Shown one piece after another: positions 14,601-28,730 of a stretch of DNA of 64,000 bases; position 1 is the first letter of the stretch, and each line of letters opens with the position of its first letter. Source of the stretch: the human T2T-CHM13v2.0 reference genome, Homo sapiens. The notes beneath the pieces were generated by a model. The model did not search any database, was not told the DNA's origin, and worked only from the letters and a program-made list of their open reading frames with translations. The position numbers and the translations under genes are program-made. The DNA lies in NCBI RefSeq assembly GCF_009914755.1, contig NC_060947.1; one strand, given 5' to 3'.

Positions 14601-14926
14601 CCTAGGTATTTTTCATAGAGTAAAATTTCAATTAAGGCTATTTATCAAATATTGAAACTGAGATGATACAATTGCTTAAGTAAAAATTGGATAGGTTTCT
14701 GGGAAGATGGCGTGGTAGTAACTGCATAGTTTTCATCTATTGCCAAATTCCCACACAAAAACAGACAGAGTAACTAGAAATCATACCCCCAAATTCATAG
14801 ACAATATGGCCAGCAAAATAGATGCCAGGGTATCTCAGAACCACAAACACATTAGACTCAGTCCATGCCACCAGCAGCCCCCTTGTATGATATCAGCTGT
14901 AGCTATCTCTGTGAAAAAAATTGAGG

Positions 14927-15145
14927 TGGTGCTTTAATTCTTCAAGAAATTGAAAATCACATACATCTCAAAATATGATTTTTATATTAAGGGATGAAGA
15001 AGAGGAGTTGGCATATGAAATGGGTGCTTATTTGATTTTTCCATTATTGTTGTGTTTTAAAGGTTGTGCTGCTTGCTGGGGCACTTCAAACCAAGGCTCA
15101 TTCTTATAATTAGATATCTGGGGTTATGATTTTTCACATCTCTTT
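14927..15145 (+). repeat. Direct repeat copy B
   Basis: Collinear with 13827-14040, with scattered substitutions and small indels. Confidence 0.95.
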
Positions 15146-15947
15146 ATTTGATGCTTTGCCTACTAGAGCCAGCTCTGGAAACATCCAGCTTTTAGTCTTT
15201 GGATGAACTTATCGATTTTTGAAAATACAATTTTACAATGTAAGTTTTGAAACTGTGACATATATATGTGCGTGTGTGTGTGTGTCTGCATGTGTGTATG
15301 TGTGTGTGTGAACACACACTATATATATCTCATATATTCAGATTTTAACTGTCAGTCTAGGCCTCTATACATAAAATAAAACATGTATGATGTGTCCCAT
15401 GGGGCTAATTTATATAAAACAATTGTGAAATACATGAGCAGAACCAGTCGGTTTTCTTTGAGAGGGATCTCGTAGATCTATTCCATAGAATAAAGATCTA
15501 ACACTCCTAAATGATAAATTGCTAGGTACTCCTGAGGAATTAATATGAAATGAATCAGAATTTATTTTTGCCAGGCATTTCTTTTGTAGAGTCATTAATC
15601 CAGCTAAAATGAAAATATTTGCTACATTGATAAAGTGTTTATGAAGAACCTCCAGGTATCCATATACCTATGTACATCCAATGAAAAACTCTACCAGTAA
15701 TTAGCAGAAGGCCCCCCACACACATTTGCTCTGTAACAGTAAATTTTTTTTAATTTGCTTAACTAATTGGAAAGACCAGTTTCTGAAACTTATCAAGAAT
15801 AGTAAGAAAAGTGTCCTACTCAGTAAAATTCATTGACCTAACTCACCCATTAGAGGACTAATGTAATTATTTTAGTGGAAAAACAGTCACCTGATTGGTA
15901 AGTACGATAAATTGTGAAGACGATGTTTTTATTAGGTATAGACTCTG

Positions 15948-16163
15948 GTATTTTCTTAGACCATTTGGGTTGCTATAGCAAAACACCAAAGATACTGGGC
16001 AGGTTATAAACAACAGACATTTATTGCCCACAATTCTGGAGTCTGGAAGTCCAATATCAAGGTGTGACAGATTCAATGTCTGGTGGCGACCCACTTCCTG
16101 GTTCATAGACAGTGCCTTCTCGCTGTGTCCTCACACAGTGGAAGGGGCAAGGGAGCTCTCTGG
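15948..16163 (-). mobile_element. MLT1A-like MaLR LTR fragment
   Basis: 'ttataaacaacagacatttattgcccacaattctggagtctggaagtccaatatcaagg'. Confidence 0.85.
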
Positions 16164-16511
<348 letters not shown>

Positions 16512-16697
16512 CTAGAAATTTCTGTTGAGTATTTATTACCCCATGGTAATAATTGTAAACCACAATTTATAAGGTTTTTTTTGAAAGCCACATCATTTTC
16601 CAAAGAGATAATTGGAAGATGGAAATCGAGGGTCAAAGAATGAAATGCAGCTAAGATTTCTGAGAATTTCTGAAAGTTGTACAACATGCCCTATGGC

Positions 16698-16832
16698 TAC
16701 TCTTCTGGAGCCTTCAGAGGATATGTGGCCCTGAGACACCTTGATCTCAGACTTCTGGTCTCCAGGACTGGGAGAGAATTTATTTCTGTTGTTTCAAGCT
16801 CCCAGTTTGTTGTACTTTCTTATGACAGCCAC
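16698..16832 (+). mobile_element. MLT1 LTR 3' fragment
   Basis: 'gagccttcagagg...acaccttgatctcagacttctggtctccagg'. Confidence 0.75.
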
Positions 16833-17107
16833 ATACACATAGCTTATGTTCTTTAACCTCTACATAGAATTAATAAAGGAGAAACAGTAAGTTCGAAGTT
16901 ATGACTACATGATAATTTCTCACTGGTTTTCCAGGTGGTACACTCAAGACACCCAGGCTGTTCCCTGGAGAACCCTCTGCCATTTTCTTCATCCTAATTC
17001 GATTCTCCTCTCTCTCTGCTATGTTAAATGCATTTTCTCTGTGAAGATGGGTTCTTTTCTGAGGCCTCTCCAGATGTTCTACCAGAAAAAAAAAAATTGT
17101 AATTGGA

Positions 17108-17227
17108 CCAGAGTTTCTTGGTTGCCATGTTTCCCAGGCTGGTCTTGAACTCCTGGGCTCAAGTGATCTGCCTGCCTCAGCCTCCCAAAGTGCTGGGATT
17201 ACAGGGTGTGAGCTACCGCACCTGGCC
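17108..17227 (-). mobile_element. FLAM/Alu left monomer
   Basis: 'ccaggctggtcttgaactcctgggctcaagtgatctgcctgcctcagcctcccaaagtgctgggattacagg'. Confidence 0.9.
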
Positions 17228-17728
17228 AGAGTTATTCTTAAATTTTGACCCATAGTAAGAAATAGGAAATACTCTTAAAGGCCATTGATTTTCAGTGATA
17301 TTGCCGGAATTCATGGACCTTTTGGTTAGAACTACATGCTTTTTTCTGTCTGAAGCAATAAAATTCTATAAATCTAAATATGTTTTCAAACATTGGTGGG
17401 AAGTTAGAGATGCAATAACTCCTACAAACCGTGCATGGCAAAGATGTACACCACAACAATTTGGAACAGACAGAGCAGAATTGATCCAATCCTATTGGTA
17501 GTCGATACAGCAAGCTTGCATTTTTTAGAACTAACTTTTTCATAGTTGCAGGCAGAGTGATGAAAGATTTTGGCAGCCAGTCTCTTCATATAGACACCAG
17601 GAGCTGAACCGACTAGTGTGAATTGACACATAAACTAAGAGAAGATGAAGGACATGGTCAATATGCAACAAAATGCTCTAACCAAAAAATATCCTGCACA
17701 AGCTTGGAGCAAGAAGGATCACTTTTAA

Positions 17729-18118
<390 letters not shown>

Positions 18119-19308
18119 TAACACAGAGTTACATGCTTTCTTGCAAGGCTACCCAAAGAGTTATTTTATATCACTCAAACAAAAGTCCATGGTAACACAC
18201 CATTTCTAAATTGTTAAAGAGAGGGCTTTAACCAGATCTTCTAGGTTGATGAATTAAATGGGGTAGGGAGAAGAGAAGAGCTTTTTAACTGTGTTTTAAA
18301 AAATTGTTGTAGATACTCTTTAACATTTTATGAAATCTGATTTTTGTCAAGATCTGACAATAATAAACTTGATAATGAAAAATCTTCATGCACCCTGAAA
18401 GTAAGCAAAATGAAAAATCCTGTAAGCCCAACTCCCTCACTACACCGGGAAACTTGTCTCTTCGTTAGAAATCTCCACTTTGGAAAGCTGAGCTCTGCAA
18501 CGCTCTGACATGGGGGATTCTTACTGTGGTTATCCAAGTCTCAGAACCTGAGACTTCTTACCATTTACTGTCTGTTTGCAGCCTGAGATGAACTCTTCTT
18601 CTTCCCTAGAGACAATGTTATGGGCTGGGAAACTACAAGTCAGACAGAGTTCCTAGCAAATCATCTGCTTTGTTTTTCTTTCTATTTTATTTTCATTTCT
18701 TTCTATTTTACAAAGTGCACCACTCTGACAGTATACCTTATGCATGTGTCATCCCCTAAGCTGTGCTGGTTGAATCTAAAGGGTAAAATTGGCTTATTAT
18801 TTAAAGGAAAAAAATGCATGAATTGTTGAAATGCATGGAAGGGCAGTTTGCCATCGTTTGGCATTCTACACTTTGCAGACCTTGGCATATTTCTTGGTAG
18901 CTAGTTGGACGCTGAACACTCAACCAGACTTTTTGGAAAACAAAGTTCACAGAATATACACCTGTTCAGCCCCAGTCTATTCTCTTTGGAGGATGGCATC
19001 CCTGTAGTTTTTAAATATCACACAACCATTTGCAATTCTTCTAGCTTCCAAAGGAGGAAACAAAGCAACCTCTGGCTGCAGAGGACTCGAGTATAGGCAG
19101 CCGATGTGGAAAGAATTTTGGCAACCGATGGTAGTTCTCCACATGTTAATGATTTCCATTGCTGTTGTGGATCTCAGTGTTGTTTAATTTTAAAATGCAC
19201 AAAATTGTGATTACACTATGTGAAACCAAGCACCGTCCTGTGTTAGAATTCAACTTTGTGGCAGATGAGTCATTCAATTTACGCCAGAACAAAATTCACA
19301 TCATCAAG

Positions 19309-19400
19309 GGAGGGAGAGAAGGAGGAAAGAAGGAGGGAAGGTGGGAGTGAGGAAGGAAAGAGGGAGAGTGGGAGGGAGGAAGAAAAGAAACAAAGACAAA
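19309..19400. repeat. GA-rich low complexity
   Basis: Direct reading. Confidence 0.85.
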
Positions 19401-20139
19401 ATTTTTCTTAAATAGACGAAGTAATATCCAGGAATAGTGAAGTAATCTTAGGTTCTATACTGAAAATCAAAATTCAAATGGTATGGCAGTATCCTAGCTA
19501 GTAGAAATGTTCTGAAATCAGAAAGAGTCTGATATTAATAGATTTCTGTGTGCATTCAACACCACTTATTTAAAGTTTAGGTTTGTGATCATGACTGGCT
19601 TCTATTGAGGGTAGCTGTATATTTTGGGGGATATACTGAAAAATAAGAATATACAAAAATAAGAAAATCCACAGTGAAAATAGTACATCCTTGATTTTTG
19701 TTTTGTTTTGTTTTATTTCTTACCTTGCTACAGGTCTTCAACATCCTTTATTTTAGAGCCCAGTCTCTACTTTTTGAAGTCTTCTTCTCTCACTTCTAAA
19801 TTTGTATCTCTCATCTCAGCCCTGCAAGTGGTCTCCCGTGATCTCCAAAACCCTTTGGTATTAAACTTTAATTCTAAACTTGCTTACATTGGTAAAACAA
19901 GCTAATGAATTCTTGTTGAAATGAGTTGGATACTTACAAAGGAATTTTTATTAGGAGGTTTTATAACAAGATCTACAAATCACTTAATATGGGTCATTTA
20001 CTGAGATCAGAAATGGCCCTATAATATGGAAATGGATCTTCTAATGATAGCCATTCCAATGATGCTGAGTGTCATATTTTACTTCTAGATAATACCTCTC
20101 ATTGGGATATATTTTACTTGCTTTATGAATATAAAATGA

Positions 20140-20305
20140 GGAGGCTCTGGTGCAAGAGCATGAACTTTTAAACTTCGCAGACTAAGTGTAATTCTGATTC
20201 TGTAGATGGTAACACTGTTAACAGTAATTCTCTGAGCTTCAATTGCCCCATCTGTAAGGAAGGTGATGACGCTAGTTACCTCATACAAATCATGTGAAAG
20301 TTACA
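20140..20305 (+). mobile_element. MIR
   Basis: Core 'tctctgagcttcaattgccccatctgtaagg...ttacctcata'. Confidence 0.65.
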
Positions 20306-21621
20306 AATTTTTATTTTCCTGTAGGGTTTCGTTTTCCTGCCACTTCTTGAGAGATAGCGATCATCATTTGGTATATGTATAAATACCTGTAGACAACATG
20401 TGGACAATCTGATGTGTTTCTTCAATAACACTATATGGTACTTATATGCTATATAATGTAGCTTGAGGGTGGATCACAGTACATGCAGATCAGTATTATA
20501 ATTCTGTGTGTCATGCTTTATAAATGATCATAACTATACAATGGTTTGTTTAGCCATCTCCCTACTAACAGACTTGAGGTTGTCTATAATATTTTGTTAT
20601 TATACACATACACAAAGCCCTAACATAAAGGTAGATTTTGCACTGGTTATTTGCAATAATCAATTGTTTTTTATGGTGATAATTAAGTAATACTTTAATT
20701 ATTTTTTAATTTCAATTACTAATTGCTGGTGAATAGAAAAGCAATTGAATATTTACACTGACTTTGTATTCTGTCATTTTGCTGTGATCACTTATTACTT
20801 CCAGGAATTTTTGTTGTAGTTGTTTATTCTTTGGGATTTCCCACAGAGATAATCATATTATCTATGAGGAAAAAGACAATTTTATATCTTCTTTACCAAT
20901 CTATATAATTTGTATCTCTTTTTCTTGTCTTATTGCATAACCTAGAACCTCCATCACAATTTGAACTAGGAATAGTGAGAGGAGACATCCGTGTCTTGTT
21001 CTTGATCTTAGGGCCAAAATATTCAGTTTCTCCTAATTAAGTAGGATATTAGCTTTAGGATGTGTGGAGATATTCTTCATAAAATCAAGGAATTAAGGAC
21101 TCTACTCCTAACTTGCTCAGAGTTTTTTGTTTGTTTGTTTTTCATGAAGTGGTACTGAATTATAGCAAATGCTTTTTCTGCTTTAATTTATATAATCTGA
21201 TGACTTTTCTTCTTTAGCTTGCTGATTACATTAATTGGTTTGCAAATGTGAACCAGCCTTGCATAGATAGGATATACCTCACTTTGTCATTGTGTATATA
21301 TATTTTCACATATGGTAGAAATCTATTTGATAATACTTATGTTTATAATTTTTGCATCTATGTTTATAAGAGACATTGGGCTGTAGTTTTAGTTTTGTGC
21401 ATTATCTTTATCTGGTTAATCTTGTAGAATTCTATTTGCTATTACCTATGTTAAGAATTTTTGCATTTATGCTTATGAGAGACGTTGGCCTGTAGTTTTT
21501 CTTTTGTGCAATGTCTTTATCTGGTTTTGTTATTAGGATCACACTTGCCACATAGCATGAGATAAAAAAGGTTCCCTTTGCTCTTATTTCATAGAAAAGA
21601 TTTAGGAAATTGGGGTTGTTT

Positions 21622-22004
21622 CTTATGAGCTGGATTGCCACCCTGCAGTCTTCATATGTTGAAATCCTGACACACAGTACCTCAGAATGTGACCTTACTT
21701 GAAGATAAAGCCCTTAAAGAGGCCATAAGCTAAAATGAGGTCAGTGGGATGGGGCCCTTATCCATTATGTCTAGTGTCCTAATGAAAGAGACATCAGGGG
21801 GTTTGCACACAGAGAAAAGATGATGTGAGGACACAGGGAGAAGACAGACATCTACAAGAAAGCAGAGAGTTCTCAGAAGAAACCAAACCTGTAGACACTT
21901 TAATCTTAGACTTCTAGTGTTCAGAATTGTGAAAAAATAAAATTGTGTTATTTAAGGCACGCATTTTGTGGCATTTCATATGGCAACCCAAGCAGACTAC
22001 TACA
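21622..22004 (+). mobile_element. MLT1B-like MaLR solo LTR
   Basis: 'catatgttgaaatcctgac...gtacctcagaatgtgacc...gcaacccaagcagactactaca'. Confidence 0.85.
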
Positions 22005-22764
22005 TGTTTATTCTTTAGAGGTTTGGTAGAATTCTGTAGTTAAACTAGGTGGTCCTGGTACATTTTTGGAAAAGACATTACCAATTCAATTTCTTTACAG
22101 ATATAAGCCTGTTCAAACGATATATTTGTCTTTGTATGAGTTCTAGCGATTGGTGTCTTTCAGGAATTTTGTTCTTTTCATTGAAATTATCAAATTTGTG
22201 GGCATAAAGTTATTTATAATATTCTTTTATTACATTTTCCTGTCCATGGAATCATTGATGATAACCTGTCTTTCATTTGTGATATTACTAGAGTGTGTCT
22301 TTTCTCTTTTTGCTTGGATAGTATACCTAGAAGTTTTAAAATTTTACTGATCTTTTTAAATAACCTTTTTTTGGTTGCTGATTTTTTTCTGTGGGCTGTT
22401 CTAAAATTTATTGTTATATGCTTTGATTTATTTCCTTCTTCTTGCTCTAAATTTTTAAAATGTATCTCTTTTTCTATACTTTGCCAAGGTGGAAGCTTAG
22501 ATTATTGATTTTAGATCTTTATTCTTTAATATATGCATTTATTGTTTTAAAATTTCATTTGCACTCCACATGTTTCAATAAGTTGTATTTTTTATTTTCA
22601 TTGAATTCAAAATATTTAAAACATTTTCTTCAGACTTTTTCTTTGGCCCATGTGTTATTCAAGAGAGTATTATTTCATTTCCAGATATTTTGGGAATAGT
22701 CATCTATCTTTCTGTTATTGATTTCTAGTTTAGTTATATTGTAGGCTGAGAATATACTTTGTTT

Positions 22765-23431
22765 TGTTACAATCTCACTAATGTACCACAAGGTAGCAGT
22801 CTCTCATTGTTTGAAGTATCACCTGGGGTTCTTTGTCTAATGACCAAGAAAATTAAGGAGTGTGGACACAAAGAGTGAGGTGGGAGCAAAAGTTTAATAA
22901 CCAAAAGAGGAAAGCCCTCTGTAGTGGAGAGGGGCCTGAAAGAAGGTTGCCAACTATGAGGCTGAGTCTGGGGTTTTTATGGACTTGGATGGGGAAGAAT
23001 GTGCTGACTGGGCTGCAGGCTGTTTTGGAGAAAGCACCATGTAGAAAGAGGTATGAGAGTGTAAATAACCAACTGGAGACAGAAGTGAAGACTTGGCCCA
23101 GGATCTTGGACCAGGACCAATCAGCAGCTGAAGTGATGATTCACCCTATGTAAATGAAGACTTAGCCTGCAGCCAATTATAGAAAGATAGGCATATGTAA
23201 AATGGGTGAAAGGTAAGAGCCTAAGGCATGCCAAGGAGAAAGAAATGTGCCAGAAAGGGGTGGAATTTGTTCATCTGGGTTCACAGAGTAAGCATTTCCA
23301 TTCAAGGACGCAAGCTCTTTCTTATCTGGGGCCTGCAGTTTGATTTTCAGGATCTTCTTTGTTTGAAGGAGCTTTACCAAGAACCTACCCTAACTGCCTG
23401 TGTGACCAGTTTTTTACTTTCTCCTCTGTTA
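22765..23431 (-). mobile_element. ERV1 solo LTR (LTR9-like)
   Basis: Minus strand starts 'taacagaggagaaag...aggcagttagggtagg...gaaaatcaaactgcagg'; 4 bp TSD gttt (22761-22764 / 23432-23435). Confidence 0.7.
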
Positions 23432-24534
23432 GTTTGATTTCTATTCTTATGAATGTTTAAGTTGTGTTTTATTGCCCAGAATGTTTTCTGTATTGGTGAG
23501 TATTCCATGTGAACCTGAGAAGAATGTATATTCTGCTATTGTTGTATGACTTATTCTATAAATGTGAGTCAAATCAAGTTAATTGATAGAGCTGATCAGT
23601 TCAACTATATCTTTTCTGATATTTTTGCTGTTTCATCTGCTAGTTACTGACAGGGGGATTTGAAATGTATAACTAGATTAGTGGATTATTCCGTTTCTCC
23701 ATTCAGTCCTATCAGTTCTTACCTCATGCAATTTTATGCTCCTGTTTTTGGCAAATACATATTTGGAATTGATATGTTTTCTTGAAGAATTGTCCTCTTT
23801 GATATTATAGAATGTGCACTTTAATCCATTATAATTTTCCTTGTTTTGAAGTCTGATTTGTATGAAATTCATTAGATACTCCAGATTTGTTTTGATTAGT
23901 GTTTGCATGGCATATCTCTCCATCTCTTTGTTTTTAACATATCTGTGTTTTTAAATTCAAAATGAGTTTTCTTTAGAAATGTATATTGGGAGTTTTTTTT
24001 TTCCTTTAAATCTACCATTATAATCACATCCTTTTAATTGAAGTACATACACATGAGTCTTTAAAGTGATTAGTAATATACTTGGATGAATTTCTAACAT
24101 GCTTGTAATCCTTCTATTTATTATATTTGTTGTTTGTTTTTTCCCCCATTTTTGGCTGTCTATGCTTTTTTGTTGGGTATTTTTAAAAATTATTTTTATT
24201 TTTTGTGTGTACATAGAAGATGTATATATTTTGGGGATACATGGGATATTTTGAGCAGTTTAAGCAATATTATTTGTCCCTTCTCTTGGCATATAAATTA
24301 CACTTTAAAACAACTTAGTATTTTCCTGAGGATTACTTATTTATCTTTGCAGCTAATATAAGTCACGTTTTGAATACCATGATACTGCTTCCTGGACAAT
24401 GGAGCTGCCTCTTAAGAGAGTATTCTTAATTCCACCCTCCCATTCCTTATGTAATTACTGCCATGCATTTATTTTATTGACATATATGCTATTATCTCTT
24501 AATACATTGCTATTATGGTTACTTGAAATTTCCA

Positions 24535-25182
24535 TCTGTCCAGCCATATGCAGAAGATTGAAACTGAACCCCTTCCTTACACCATATAAAAAAATCAACT
24601 CAAGATGGATTAAAGACTTAAATGTAAGACCCAAAACTGTACAAACTCTGGAAGACAACCTAGGCAATATGGACATAGGAATAGGTAAAGATTTCATAAC
24701 AAAGATGCCAAAATCAATCTCAACAGAAGCAAAAATTGACAACTGGAATCTAGTTAAACTAAAGAGCAAAAGAAACTAATAGAGTAAACAGGCAACCTAG
24801 AGAATGGGAGAAAATTTTTGCAAAATATGCATCCTACAAAGGTCTAATATCCAGCATCTATTAGGAACTTAGACAAATTTACAAGAAAATCAAACTACCC
24901 ATTAAAAAGTAGGCAAGGACAGGAACACACACTTTTCAAATGAAGACATACATGCAGCCAACAAGCAAATGCAAAAAAGCTCAATATCACTGATCATTAG
25001 AGAAAGGCAAGTCAAAACCATCTCATACCGGTCAGAATGGCTATTATTAAAAAGTCAAAAAATAACAGATGTTGGCAACGTTGCAGAGAAAAGAGAACAC
25101 TTCTACACGGTTGGTGACAGTATAAATTAGTTCCACCATTGTGGAAAACAGTATGGTGATTCCTCAAAGAGCTAAAAAAGAA
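24535..25182 (+). mobile_element. L1P/L1MA ORF2 C-terminal fragment
   Basis: Translates as '[32 protein letters not shown]', a typical L1 ORF2p segment; disrupted downstream. Confidence 0.9.
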
Positions 25183-25988
25183 TCAGAAGAATGTAATATT
25201 TGTTCCATTCCCTGATAAGTCTGGCCAAGTAGAGGAGTGTGTTGGCGCACACTAAGTGCTTATCGAATCAACCTTACAAAAAGACAAATTTGACAGTGGT
25301 AATAAACATAAGGCATGGTGGGGCAGAGAATTTTGCTCCTGAAGTTTCAGTCATGTGGAATAAGAAAGTATTCCAAGATTTTTGTTTGCAATTGTGGAAA
25401 GAAAGTAGTCTGAGATTTATGTCTGCAGTTGTAAAATAATATTCAACATGTATGCCTGAAGGTCAAAAGGCATCTGTAAGTCTAGTGAATGCATTTACAT
25501 TTTATTTTATTTTAGTCTTTTGTCTTGGATGAATGCAAAAAGAGAGCTTTTGAATGCTGTAGATTAAAAGGCAATAGGCTTAGCTTTTCCTCTTGCTGGA
25601 GCCAAAGGAGCAGCTTGCAGCTCCCTGTGGTGGACAAATAGTGCTCTTGAGAAATGCTGCCTGCAGATTTAAGAACACTAAGACAAAGGTAACCTAGCAA
25701 TAACACCATTTCCAACAAGGTATCCAGTTAATTGTGCATTCACATTGTCAAAGATTGCCAGTCTCATGTTAAAATATACATGGGCATTCACTACAGAGGA
25801 GAGAGGTCATAAATTACTCCTATTATTGCACAGGAGTAAATGTGCAATGGAGGTTTCCTTGTTGCTCCTTCACCTGCAGCTTGTTACAACTTTATGTTCA
25901 TAGCTAAACTCGGTTGCAGAGGACATGAATGAATGACAACATCAGTCAAATAGCATTCCAACAAGAAAAAATTATCTCCTTGAATGCC

Positions 25989-26166
25989 AAGAAGGAAAGG
26001 AGGGTGGAAGGGAGGGAGGGATGAAAGAAGAGAGAGAGGGAGGAAGAAAAGAAGGACGAAGGGAGGGAGAGAGGAAAATTAAAGAAAGATAAGGGGGAGA
26101 AGGAGGGGAAAGAATAAAAAAGGGAGAGAGAGAGAAAGAAAAAAAGAAAGAAAGAAACAAAGAAAG
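25989..26166. repeat. Polypurine (GA-rich) tract
   Basis: About 175 bp that is almost exclusively A/G on the + strand. Confidence 0.9.
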
Positions 26167-27155
26167 CCCAGCCCTTCAAACCCCACAATGATTTCTGAGT
26201 GATTTTTAAAGTTTGCAAAATATTGATATAGTAGAAAAAAATGGATCAATTCCAAATTTGTTACAAATGTAAATGTTAGCAACATTTAGAAACAACACCA
26301 CTTTTGGCATTAAATTAAATGGATTTATCAAAGATCTACATCAAACTGGTTCAAAGAGAAGTATAAAATTTTATCAACCATTGACCTCAACAAATTAAGC
26401 CTACAATGAAAGGCTTGCCATTACTAAAAGCACCAGGTCAGATATTAGTGGGACAACTTTTAAAATATTAATAAAGAAGCACCTCTGATGAAATAATTTT
26501 TAAAGAACAAAGTAAAAATGAAATTTTACTCAGAAAATATACTTAGCTTTAGCTTAGTACCAGAGTCTGATATACCACAGAAATAAAATTCATGTGACAA
26601 TATTATTTGTAAATAATGATGTGAAAAACCTAGAAAAAATATGACTTAACTAGGATTTTAATAGAATGAGTCATGTGGCCAAAAACATTATCATCCCAGA
26701 AGCATAAAACTTTAATATGAGGAAATAGAATATTAAAAAATATTACATATTTAGGTCAATATTTTAAAACACTTCAAGTGTGTGCAGGAAGTAACTACAA
26801 TTAAAATGTTAATTGCAATATGTCTGCCTATTGAATTATGGCTTACTTTAGATTCTCTCTCCCACATCACCACCTTTCCAAAATGTTCTCAAACATATTT
26901 TTTATTGTTATGCTTTAAATATAAACAAAATATTATTTTAAATTGATGTTTAGAATTTACTACCATTAAGCATGCATTAAAGATAAAACAACCTTTTAGA
27001 AAATGAGGCCTAATCAAATATTTTATTAAATAAACCAACTATTTCTCCTTAAACCAACATCTAGAGAATCACTTAATGATGTCATCCTTGAAACTGGCAG
27101 CCAATGAATTGACTCTTCCTGCCATTTTCCTGCAAACTCGAATTCACTCAAATCT

Positions 27156-27463
27156 GCTATGTACTGAATTCTTGTGTCCCCTGAAATTCCCGTGTTGAAG
27201 CCCTAACCCCCAAAGTTATGGCATTTGGAGGTGGAGCGCTCATAATGGGATGAGTGTCCTTACAAATAAACAACAGGAGACCAGAGACCAGAGAGCAGAG
27301 CTCTCTCTCTCTTCCATGTGAGGACACAGTAAGTCAGGAAGTGATCCCTCACCAGAGAAGTCCATCTGCCATGCCTTGAACTTCCAGCCTCCAGAGCTGT
27401 GAGCAATAAATGTCTGTTGTTTAAGCCACCCAATCTATTTAGTTAGCAGCCTGAACTAAGACA
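27156..27463 (+). mobile_element. MLT1A-like MaLR LTR
   Basis: 'tgctatgtactgaatt...gttgaagccctaacccc...agcagcctgaactaagaca'. Confidence 0.85.
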
Positions 27464-27958
27464 AGACTTCAAAAGGAAAGAGAGATATAATTTTGGGAAA
27501 GCACGAATTATAATTATAATTTTTAAAGATAATATATTTAAATACATAGACAATTCAAGACAACCAAATTAACATGAGAATTAATAAATCTAAAAGCATT
27601 TCTATGCATTAGCAATGATTAGTTAAAAGATAAGATGGAGAAAAATGAATCTACTCAAAGTGAAATTCTTAAAGAAGCCCACATTGAAACTTTAATAACT
27701 TTATAAGGGAAAGTATCAAATCTAACTAGTATAAACGGAGAGGCATACTATATATGTGATGTTTATGACTGGATGCTATAGAAAAAGAGGGAACAAGGAA
27801 AAGGGGAGAAAAGGAAAATTTTCTACCATGTTGATATAGAGTTTTAATGAAAAACAAACACATTTCCAATTACATTTACTTTGTGACTTGGCACAGTCTA
27901 TTGTGAAAAATGAAAATATGTACTATATATTATGTAATATGTATTACAAATGTAATAT

Positions 27959-28263
27959 GCATGTAATATAATAAATGTAATGTGTTTATAATACATTACC
28001 AAATGTACCATGTATTACCTTTCAAAACAGGTAATATGTATTTTTAAAAGGAAAAAATCTATCAGATAATTAATATATTATAGTGGACCTAGGATTCACA
28101 TTCACACTCACATGTACTATGCATGTAATGTAATAAATGTAATGTAATACATTACCAAATGTAGTATGTATTACATTTCAAAATAGGTAATATATATTTT
28201 TAGAAGGAAAAAATGTTTACCAAATAATTAATATATTATAGTGGACCTAGCATTCACATTCAG
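27959..28263. repeat. Tandem duplication, period about 160 bp
   Basis: 'aatacattaccaaatgta...ataattaatatattatagtggacctag.attcacattca' present twice. Confidence 0.9.
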
Positions 28264-28579
28264 AGCACAGAAAGGAAGAAATAATCTTGAAGCTGCCCAT
28301 TGTATATATAAGAGTAAAATATACCAGATTAGGACATTACAGATGAATTTACTTTAAATGGATTGCTAAAGTAATGCTGTTTTGGGGAATTAACCCCTTG
28401 TAATAACCAGAGCTATAGCCATCATTTCCAAATGAGTTATGGGGTGAAGTTGAAAGAATGCACTTAGAAGAAAAAAACAAGAGGAGGTTCACAGTCATGG
28501 ATGGTGTCCTTAGTGGCCAGACAGATATAAATTCACACAGTCTTCATTATGGCCAGACAGTGCCAGTAGCAGACAAAGA

Positions 28580-28730
28580 GAGGCAGGGTGGTATGGTGGA
28601 GAGACACTCTGGAATCAGCAGGCTGGGTATAAATTCCAGGCTTCAAGCCTCTGACATTAAATCTGTAAAATCAGGATAATAATTGTCACCTCATTGTGCC
28701 ATTTGTGATGAACTTTAAAGAACCAATATT
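28580..28730 (+). mobile_element. MIR fragment
   Basis: 'ctctggaatcagcaggctggg...atctgtaaaatcaggataataat...cacctcat'. Confidence 0.6.

Larger units (their letters stand above)
20700..24520 (-). mobile_element. Old L1M ORF2 remnant (fragmented, with nested LTRs)
   Basis: T-rich antisense L1; minus-strand ORF fragment 'ASVILITKPDKDIAQKKNYRPTSLISINAKILN' matches the L1 ORF2 RT region. Confidence 0.85.

Noticed and set aside
14695-14925. YY1-like 'aagatggcg' promoter element
   Set aside because: Most likely a decayed L1M 5' end; no CpG island or other promoter support.
19045-19130. Possible 86 nt exon (ttcttctag|...atg|gtagtt; one open frame LPKEETKQPLAAEDSSIGSRCGKNFGNR)
   Set aside because: Weak donor, short pyrimidine tract, no recognisable protein similarity; would need spliced-read support.
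24399-24779. ORF with L1 ORF2p similarity
   Set aside because: Short fragment of a truncated, disrupted L1; no intact ORF2.
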